DNA from: Candidatus Levyibacteriota bacterium | GTDB lineage: Bacteria; Patescibacteriota; Microgenomatia; Levybacterales; UBA12049 | Length of the DNA: 54,181 nucleotides | Direction of reading: 5' to 3' | Assembly (NCBI GenBank): GCA_018061075.1 | Contig: JAGOUW010000005.1 | Coordinates: 1-54,181, forward strand | Shown here: piece by piece, positions 47,667 to 54,181 of the stretch | Layout: each line of letters starts with the position of its first letter | Position numbering within the stretch: position 1 is the stretch's first letter | Translations under genes and position numbers: made by a program | Notes under the pieces: generated by a model | Database searches by the model: none | Seen by the model: the letters and a program-made list of their open reading frames with translations, nothing else | What the model was told of the DNA's origin: nothing

Positions 47667-47903
47667 ATGTATTACGTATACCTCTTAAAACTATCAAATA
47701 ATGAAATCTATACAGGTTCGACTAAAGACTTAAAAACCAGAGTTAGCGATCACCAAGAAGGTAAAAACATTTCTACAAAGCCATTTCGCCCGGTTAAGCT
47801 TATCTATTACTGTGCATTTCCCTCTAAATCTCGAGCAATTAAATTTGAAATTTATCTTAAATCAGGGTCTGGCAAAGCATTTAGAAATAAGCGCCTTATC
47901 TGA
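47667..47903 (+). CDS. small GIY-YIG nuclease-domain protein (78 aa)
   Basis: MYYVYLLK..NEIYTGSTKDLKTRVSDHQEG shows the GIY..YxG..R..H/E layout. A strong SD (AAGGAGG) lies 6 nt upstream. The longer ORF-track form (47577) overlaps tRNA-Trp and is rejected. Confidence 0.8.
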   Translation: MYYVYLLKLSNNEIYTGSTKDLKTRVSDHQEGKNISTKPFRPVKLIYYCAFPSKSRAIKFEIYLKSGSGKAFRNKRLI

Positions 47904-47965
47904 TATATTTTGATATATTCTCCCCTCGCATTGACAAACTCTATGGACTTGCTAATAATCAATAT

Positions 47966-48595
47966 ATGGCTAAGAAAAGGTTGATTGATAAAAGTGCAAA
48001 TTTTAAATTGATTTGGTTATTAATAATTATTTTACTTTTGGGACTTGCTACATTGATTTTCTATCAAAAAAGTTTACCTACTCAAAAAGTATCTAATAAA
48101 GAAAATCCGGCTTCAACAAGAATCAATACATCTGATTGGATAACCTACGAATCTCCTGTTGCAAATGGAATGAGCTATAAACTTAAATATCCAAGTAACT
48201 GGGAAATAAAAACCGAAGTTGGTGGCGAAAGCAATCCTCAACCAAGAGAACTTAGCATTGATTTGAAAAGTCTAAAATGCGAATCTGGAAGCAGTGATTC
48301 GATCTATATTAAACACTTTTTGAAAGCTGACCCACAGCAAGCTTACGAAACAATTATTAAGCAGTCCTCCGATCCAGGAAAAAATAATATAAAATTTAAA
48401 ACTACTTATTTAGAAACTGCAAATAATGATCTTATAATCAAAATTGAAAACCCATTACAAAAACCCATACCCGTATTCAATTCATATAAAACATCAAACA
48501 CTGGGGTTTATTATGTTGGTGGTGGTGGATGGTGTTCTTCAGATTTTGAAAAGACTTACGATGCTATTATTAGTAGTTTAGAATTCATAAACTAA
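47966..48595 (+). CDS. signal-anchored exoprotein (YxFxxP family)
   Basis: TM LIWLLIIILLLGLATLIFY and motif WITYESPVANGMSYKLKYPSNW. Confidence 0.55.
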   Translation: MAKKRLIDKSANFKLIWLLIIILLLGLATLIFYQKSLPTQKVSNKENPASTRINTSDWITYESPVANGMSYKLKYPSNWEIKTEVGGESNPQPRELSIDLKSLKCESGSSDSIYIKHFLKADPQQAYETIIKQSSDPGKNNIKFKTTYLETANNDLIIKIENPLQKPIPVFNSYKTSNTGVYYVGGGGWCSSDFEKTYDAIISSLEFIN

Positions 48596-48642
48596 TATAG
48601 TAAGTACTAACATAGTTGCTTAGTGCCTGCCAATATATCCCC

Positions 48643-48671
48643 TTGTTTCTCCGAATTTTTAATGCTATATT
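48643..48671 (+). promoter_or_regulatory. promoter TTGTTT-17-TATATT, with a GTG start 6 nt after the -10
   Basis: Read directly. The -35 is weaker than the other promoters in this window. Confidence 0.4.
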
Positions 48672-48677
48672 CTGCCT

Positions 48678-49862
48678 GTGTCAAGAAGCCTTGAACAAGG
48701 ACCACCTCGCAGGCCATCTGCGCTAAAAAGGGCTGTTCTCCCTCTCGCTCTTGGTATTGCTACAGCGGCAGCCGCTGGAGGCCAACACAACACAGACAGA
48801 ATCTTCAATCCGGTTTCAAATCCCGATCAACCAGCATTTACATATTATTATGGCCATCTTCCCCTCAGTCATCCAGGAACCATGATGGAAACAGGAAATA
48901 TTGCAGATAATTTTCGTCCCATGGCTGGCTGGGGTGCCGAATACACGGAAGCCGACAAACAGGAATTTTTTAGGTCAGCTGATGAGATAAGAAGAGCAGG
49001 TTTTGATGGAATAATTATTTCTTGGCATGATATAGACGATGTTAGAGATGATGGGGCTGATCTCATCGTAAATCAAGCTTTACCTAATTGTGACAGTACA
49101 TTTCCTGGAATGAAAGTGAAGTTCATAGTTGAGCGACTAGCAAACTTAGAATTAGATAATTCTGATGAAAAACTAGACAAAATAATGGAACATTTATGGG
49201 AAAACTACTTCAATAGCCCTCACTATTTTAGGAATGAAGAAGGACTCCCTGAAGTCGATTTTTTCACAGGTGATAATCCCGAATGGGTTGATAACACTAA
49301 AATCACAGAGAAACTACATAGACTAAAAGAAAAATGGGGCATAAATCCTGTAATGAGAAGTGCTTTTGGAAGCAACATTGAAGCGTTTGGAAGAAATGAA
49401 TATGCTTCGGAGTTAGACATGTTTCCTTATGGATTTCAGCCCTTAGACCTGTGGCCAGGAGGCCTAGAAATGACACCACACCAAGCAACAGTAACTGGAG
49501 AGTATTCAAAAACAGAAAGAGGAGAAGCAATCAAGGAAAGAGACTTTAAACATAGAGTATTTAGCGAAGATGACACTCGTCAGGATATTAGAGTAGCTCG
49601 TTCTTCATCTTCTGAATTAGCTGCCTATGTCAGCTATAACGAGGGACCTGAAAAAACGGGATTTGAAGGAGATAAAGTTAAAATTGCAATTCTGGGTCAG
49701 GAATTTTATGACCCGGGAGATCGAGAGCTACATGATACTTTTCCCGCTCCTTGCGTTGAATCCGAAAAAATAGATCATGTCATAGGTGAAACAAAATCTG
49801 GCGAGTCTGTAATTGTGTCTTTCCCTTCCCCATCTCCTATTCCCTTAAGAGAAGCTGCTTAA
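48678..49862 (+). CDS. hypothetical secreted protein (possibly a glycoside-hydrolase-like TIM barrel)
   Basis: 394 aa, signal/TM AVLPLALGIATAAAAGG. RRAGFDGIIISWHDIDD is reminiscent of GH-type barrels, but no family could be assigned. GTG start. Confidence 0.45.
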   Translation: MSRSLEQGPPRRPSALKRAVLPLALGIATAAAAGGQHNTDRIFNPVSNPDQPAFTYYYGHLPLSHPGTMMETGNIADNFRPMAGWGAEYTEADKQEFFRSADEIRRAGFDGIIISWHDIDDVRDDGADLIVNQALPNCDSTFPGMKVKFIVERLANLELDNSDEKLDKIMEHLWENYFNSPHYFRNEEGLPEVDFFTGDNPEWVDNTKITEKLHRLKEKWGINPVMRSAFGSNIEAFGRNEYASELDMFPYGFQPLDLWPGGLEMTPHQATVTGEYSKTERGEAIKERDFKHRVFSEDDTRQDIRVARSSSSELAAYVSYNEGPEKTGFEGDKVKIAILGQEFYDPGDRELHDTFPAPCVESEKIDHVIGETKSGESVIVSFPSPSPIPLREAA

Positions 49863-49890
49863 ATCTCCTGATATAATAGTCTTTTATAAA

Positions 49891-50925
49891 ATGCGAGAAA
49901 GAATTAATTGGGTCGATGTAGCCCGCGGAATTGGAGTCTTGTTGGTTATTTATGGCCACGGACTCGCCGCAACTCCTCTCAGATTTATAATTTACTCTTT
50001 TCACATGCCTCTTTTCTTTTTTCTGTCAGGACTCGTTTTTCATAAAAGAAAAAATGAAAAATATATAACAATTCTTAAAAAAGATTTTAAAAGAATTTTA
50101 ATTCCATATTTTATTTTTGCGGCTATTTCTTTTACCCTTTGGCTTTCAAACATTCCACTGGATAGAATTCGATGGGATTTAGTTCTTAAACAAATAATTG
50201 GAATTTTTTATGGCAGCGGTAATAATGGATATTTAGCCATAAATATAGTTCTTTGGTTTTTACCTTGTCTATTTATAGTCAAACAAATGTTCTGGTTCAT
50301 TTCCAGGCTGGAAATCAAACTGATTATTCCAATTCTCTTTTTATTTTCAGCTTTGGGCTACTGCTTTCATGTTTTCCTGCCAACTCTCAAACTCCCATTT
50401 GGTTTTGAATCTGCTCTAACTGGAGTCGTATTTTTTGGAATAGGATATTTGTGGCATTTTATACCAGAGAAATATAATCAATTCTTCATCAAACGCACGT
50501 TACCAATTTTATTAATCTTAATTTCATTAACTGTAATCTTTTCAATGGCTAACTTTAATCTTTATAACCATCAAATAGATTTAAGACTTAATAGATTAAA
50601 TAATTATTTCCTTTTTTATCTTGCATCTTTTAGTGGAATTATTTCAATAGTTTTAGTTAGCATGAAGCTAAATAAAAATAAGATTATGGAATATTTAGGC
50701 AGAAATTCTTTACTTTTATTCGTTTGGCACCTTGTGGTTTTTTCTTATATTTCAGATTTTGTATTTCTATTTTTAACATCTGAAAAAGTAATTGAGCTTA
50801 GAAATGTATATCTGGCTCCTTTTTATTCTGTGGTTTCAATACTTGTAATTCTTTCTATTTCCAAATTCACAAGAAAGACTTTTTATTTCTTTGGTCTTAA
50901 ATTAAAATTACCAACTGCAAAGTAA
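49891..50925 (+). CDS. acyltransferase family 3 (OafA/YrhL-like) membrane protein
   Basis: INWVDVARGIGVLLVIYGH is the hallmark N-terminal motif. There are about 10 TMs. Confidence 0.8.
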   Translation: MRERINWVDVARGIGVLLVIYGHGLAATPLRFIIYSFHMPLFFFLSGLVFHKRKNEKYITILKKDFKRILIPYFIFAAISFTLWLSNIPLDRIRWDLVLKQIIGIFYGSGNNGYLAINIVLWFLPCLFIVKQMFWFISRLEIKLIIPILFLFSALGYCFHVFLPTLKLPFGFESALTGVVFFGIGYLWHFIPEKYNQFFIKRTLPILLILISLTVIFSMANFNLYNHQIDLRLNRLNNYFLFYLASFSGIISIVLVSMKLNKNKIMEYLGRNSLLLFVWHLVVFSYISDFVFLFLTSEKVIELRNVYLAPFYSVVSILVILSISKFTRKTFYFFGLKLKLPTAK

Positions 50926-51536
50926 AGTAGAGCAAGTGAAGTTCCTAGTAAAATTCCTCCCATGACATCAGTAGTCCAATGTTCACCTAGGTAAACACGG
51001 CTTAAATACATTACAAAATCAAAAGCTAAAACTCCAAATATAAAGATAATCTTCAAATTTTTAGAGAGCTTTGGACTTATCCAAATCGCAATCATTAAAA
51101 CTAATGACACAAATGCAGTTCTTGCTGAGTGGCCTGAGGGATATGAAAAAAATTCATGAGGAATATAAGCTGTTGGAAAATGTACCGCAAGTTTTGTCTT
51201 TAAAAATAAAACCGGAGGTCCATTATGTTCAATCATTATCTTTCCAGCTAGCTCTATCACCCCAGTTAAACAGTAAAATACTAGAACAATAATCTTTCTC
51301 GGAAGCTTGAAGATGAACAGGGTTAGCAATAAAATCACACTCGCAACTTCAGCGCTTCCCAGCAAGCTAAACGATGAAAATAACCCAACTACTCTTTCGG
51401 GCAAAAAGTCTTGAATCTTTACAGTTGTATTAAAATCAAACGCAGTGAATAGATCCTCTGCGACCAAAAAACTAAGAAAAATAAATAGTGTAAATACGGT
51501 TAAACCAAAAATACCGCTATATTTTAAAATTCCCAT
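50883..51536 (-). CDS. PAP2-family phosphatase (undecaprenyl-PP/lipid phosphatase-like)
   Basis: SYPSGHSARTAF and YLGEHWTTDVMGG are PAP2 motifs C2 and C3. Confidence 0.8.
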   Translation of the reverse strand: MGILKYSGIFGLTVFTLFIFLSFLVAEDLFTAFDFNTTVKIQDFLPERVVGLFSSFSLLGSAEVASVILLLTLFIFKLPRKIIVLVFYCLTGVIELAGKIMIEHNGPPVLFLKTKLAVHFPTAYIPHEFFSYPSGHSARTAFVSLVLMIAIWISPKLSKNLKIIFIFGVLAFDFVMYLSRVYLGEHWTTDVMGGILLGTSLALLYFAVGNFNLRPKK

Positions 51537-51557
51537 GAAGAATATTATTGTAGCAGA

Positions 51558-52436
51558 TTAAAACTTGAGGTTTTTTAAGAAGTCTTTAAACTCAACGCTT
51601 ATATCAGGGTGTGTTAGCGCTAATTCTACAATTGTTTTCATGTACTCGAGCTTATTTCCCGTATCATAATATTTTCCGTTTTCAATCTCTACTGCATAAA
51701 TTGGCATTCCCTGCTCCTGCAAAAGATTAATCGCATCTACTAACCATATTTCTCCGCCTTTTCCTGGAGCAAGACTCCTTAGAGCTGGGAAAATTTCAGG
51801 AGGAAGAATATATGCACCATGAGTTGCGATATTAGAAGGAGCTTGATCTGGATCTGGTTTCTCTACTATCGCTTTGATCTTAGAAACTTTTCCCTCAACT
51901 GGCTCTAAATCTGCAATTCCATATCTTTTTAAATCTTCTTTCTTATCAATTCTAACTCCAGAAATAACCACTCCTCCATATTTTTCATAAACTTCTATCA
52001 TTTGCTGGAGACGTGGTGGCTCTGCGTAAATAAATTCATCTCCCCAGAGAACTGCGAACGGCTCATCTTCGATTGCTGGTTCAGCTGAAAGAACTGGTGT
52101 TCCATTTCCATAAGGGCCTTTTTGACGAACATAAATAAAGTTAGCCATCTCCCCTATTTTTTTAACCATATCCATAAACTCCGTTTTTCCACCGGCTTCA
52201 AGATTTTGCATGAGCTCTGCATTTGGTAAATCAAAATGATCTTCGATCGCTCTCTTAAGTGACCCTGTCACGATAACAATATCTTTTATTCCAGAGGCAA
52301 CAGCTTCTTCAACTACATATTGGATCACAGGCTTGTCTACGATCGGAAGCATCTCTTTAGGCATCGCCTTGGTCTGAGGGAGAAATCTAGTACCAAAACC
52401 TGCGGCGGGTATTACTGCTTTTCTGATTTTCTTCAT
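51558..52436 (-). CDS. galU: UTP--glucose-1-phosphate uridylyltransferase
   Basis: KAVIPAAGFGTRFLPQTKAMPKEMLPIVDKPVIQY. Confidence 0.9.
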   Translation of the reverse strand: MKKIRKAVIPAAGFGTRFLPQTKAMPKEMLPIVDKPVIQYVVEEAVASGIKDIVIVTGSLKRAIEDHFDLPNAELMQNLEAGGKTEFMDMVKKIGEMANFIYVRQKGPYGNGTPVLSAEPAIEDEPFAVLWGDEFIYAEPPRLQQMIEVYEKYGGVVISGVRIDKKEDLKRYGIADLEPVEGKVSKIKAIVEKPDPDQAPSNIATHGAYILPPEIFPALRSLAPGKGGEIWLVDAINLLQEQGMPIYAVEIENGKYYDTGNKLEYMKTIVELALTHPDISVEFKDFLKNLKF

Positions 52437-52528
52437 AAACTTCTATATATCATAGGACATCATGTCAATAAATACAATTACCCTCGTATCTTTACATGAG
52501 GCTTAAGATTTGGTAAAATAATTGACAT

Positions 52529-52549
52529 ATCCGCCAAAAATGGGCGGAT
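52529..52549 (+). other. hairpin ATCCGCC-AAAAATG-GGCGGAT followed by TTT, immediately upstream of secE
   Basis: 7-bp perfect stem preceded by TTGACA (52522-27). Its role is unclear (terminator remnant, operator or leader). Confidence 0.4.
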
Positions 52550-52559
52550 TTTAAATAGA

Positions 52560-52748
52560 ATGGCAACTTCGCCGATTACCTTTACAAAACAAGCAGTTGA
52601 TGAACTAAAAAAAGTTACTTGGCCTACAAGAGATGAGGTTATAAGATTAACTGTTTCTGTAATAGTAATAAGCGCAGTAGTAGGTCTTTTCCTAGGGGGA
52701 ATTGACTTTGCTCTTACAAAAACATTAGAAACACTATTAAATAGATAA
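52560..52748 (+). CDS. secE: preprotein translocase subunit SecE
   Basis: 62 aa, ELKKVTWPTRDEV followed by a single TM. Precedes nusG. Confidence 0.85.
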   Translation: MATSPITFTKQAVDELKKVTWPTRDEVIRLTVSVIVISAVVGLFLGGIDFALTKTLETLLNR

Positions 52749-52749
52749 T

Positions 52750-53649
52750 ATGGACGACACAAAAAAACAAGATCAAGTTGAAGAAAAAGAAGAAGCTTTA
52801 GAAGAAGCTGAAATAAACGCGGAAGAAAAAGAAGGCTTAACAGAAGAACAAATAAAAGAAGATACTACTATGGTAGAGGCTCCAGATTTGTCAGATGGTG
52901 AGCCTGAGATAAAAGAAACTCCAGATAGCCTAACATCAGAACAGATCAAGGAAGATACAGAAATGACTGCAACTCCAAAAATCTCAAGCGACGAAAGTGA
53001 AGTAAAAGAAGCGCCAACTAGCCTAACAGAAGATCAAATCAAGGAAGATACTGAGATGGCTCCAGTCGAAGATCCAGATGAAGAACTTGAAAAAGCAAAG
53101 CAAATCCTAAACGCAAGCGACAATGTAAACGCTAGATGGTATATCGTTCACACTTATTCTGGACACGAAAATAAAGTTGCTAAATCTATAAAACAAAGAG
53201 TGCAATCTTTAGGATTTGAAACTAGAATTTTCGACATCATAGTTCCTACAAGAAATACAATTAAAGTAAGTCAGGGTAAAAAAGAAACAGTTAAAGAAAA
53301 AATATTCCCAGGATACGTTCTCGTAAAAATGATTCTTGATGACGAATCATGGTTATTAATCAGAACTACACAGGGAGTGACTGCATTTATCGGTGCTGGA
53401 AACAAACCAACTCCAATTTCAGAAAAAGAAGTTGAAGCTATCCAGAAGTTTATGGACGCTGAAGAACCGCTTTACAAAACTGCATTTACAATCGGTGAGG
53501 CCGTAAAAATCGTTGATGGACCTTTCTCAGACTTCTTAGGAACAATTGATGATATCGATGAAGCTAAAGGAAAACTTAAAGTTCTTGTAAGTATTTTCGG
53601 ACGCGAAACACCTGTTGAACTAGACTTTTTACAAGTAAATAAGTTATAA
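52750..53649 (+). CDS. nusG: transcription termination/antitermination factor NusG with an acidic N-terminal repeat extension of about 125 aa
   Basis: NGN domain RWYIVHTYSGHENKV and KOW domain GEAVKIVDGPFSDFLGTI...LKVLVSIFGRETPVEL. Confidence 0.9.
   Translation: MDDTKKQDQVEEKEEALEEAEINAEEKEGLTEEQIKEDTTMVEAPDLSDGEPEIKETPDSLTSEQIKEDTEMTATPKISSDESEVKEAPTSLTEDQIKEDTEMAPVEDPDEELEKAKQILNASDNVNARWYIVHTYSGHENKVAKSIKQRVQSLGFETRIFDIIVPTRNTIKVSQGKKETVKEKIFPGYVLVKMILDDESWLLIRTTQGVTAFIGAGNKPTPISEKEVEAIQKFMDAEEPLYKTAFTIGEAVKIVDGPFSDFLGTIDDIDEAKGKLKVLVSIFGRETPVELDFLQVNKL
52837..53061 (+). repeat. in-frame 93-nt (31-aa) tandem repeat, about 2.4 copies, inside nusG
   Basis: LTEEQIKEDTTMVEAPDLSDGEPEIKETPDS / LTSEQIKEDTEMTATPKISSDESEVKEAPTS / LTEDQIKEDTEMA... 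Confidence 0.85.
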
Positions 53650-53769
53650 TTCAAAAACTTGATTGATCTGGGAGACTTTTAGTCGTTTGGACCAGTAGAT
53701 AAGATAGATAAGCTTAAAGGCTTCCCTCTTCTCTACTCTTCCCTTCCTAGACCATTCACAAATTTAAAC

Positions 53770-54181
53770 AATGGCTAAAAAGATAAAAACAATTATAAAA
53801 ATTAATATTCCAGCTGGAGCAGCTACACCTGCACCACCTGTTGGAACAGCATTAGGTCCTCACGGACTTCCTATCATGGAATTCGTGCAGGCTTTTAATG
53901 AAAGAACAGCTGAGCTAAAAGGAAATATTATCCCAGCAGTTATTACAGTTTATGAAGATAGAACTTTTTCTTTCATAACTAAAAAACCACCTATGTCAGA
54001 ACTTATTAAAAAGGCAATTGGCAGAGGCGGCGCAAATAATCCAGGAAAAGAAGTTGCCGCAACTCTTACTAAATCTCAGGCAGAAGAAATTGCAAATACA
54101 AAAATGGAAGATCTTAACACAACAGATCTTCCTCAAGCAGTAAGTATCGTAAAAGGAACAGCAAGAAGTATGGGGGTAAAA
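53770..54181 (+). CDS. rplK: 50S ribosomal protein L11, N-terminal part (3' end lies off the window)
   Basis: MAKKIKTIIKINIPAGAATPAPPVGTALGPHGLPIMEFVQAFN... The frame is open to the window edge. Confidence 0.9.

Overview
This is a low-GC, densely packed bacterial window. The gene content, a divergent 16S, mostly Shine-Dalgarno-less start codons and many signal-anchored hypothetical proteins suggest a CPR/Patescibacteria-type genome; that placement is inference only. TGA acts as a stop codon (for example the def and HD-gene stops), so the standard code 11 applies.

Recognisable core genes:
- pyrD (partial), topA and dprA
- mreB-mreC-mreD-PBP2
- def-fmt, rpmB and an M50 protease
- a family-4 UDG, a SpoU/TrmH methyltransferase and galU
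- the conserved block tRNA-Thr/Tyr/Thr - rpmG - tRNA-Trp ... secE - nusG - rplK (partial)

RNA genes:
- one complete 16S rRNA on the minus strand, with no linked 23S, 5S or spacer tRNA
- tRNA-Cys
- a class II tRNA with a non-canonical anticodon loop
- tRNA-Thr(UGU), tRNA-Tyr, tRNA-Thr(GGU) and tRNA-Trp
- a promoter-driven rod-like candidate sRNA of about 210 nt

Most notable non-standard signals:
1. A 14-bp palindromic core, ATATATCGATATAT, occurs at three loci. These bracket a YerC/TrpR-like regulator and a large M23 peptidase module, and sit just upstream of a secreted giant-protein cluster.
2. Four paralogous glycine-zipper two-TM miniproteins lie in two tandem pairs. Each has a TTGACA/TTGACT-17-nt promoter and an essentially leaderless start.
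3. A 20-nt duplication of the tRNA-Cys 3' end encloses a 79-nt GC-rich spacer.
4. A tRNA-Trp/GIY-YIG cassette has a structured leader that sequesters its SD.
5. The 16S unit is orphan and carries compensatory changes in the 530 loop.

No CRISPR array, integrase, transposase or reverse transcriptase was seen. All functional calls come from reading motifs in the translations; no database search was possible.
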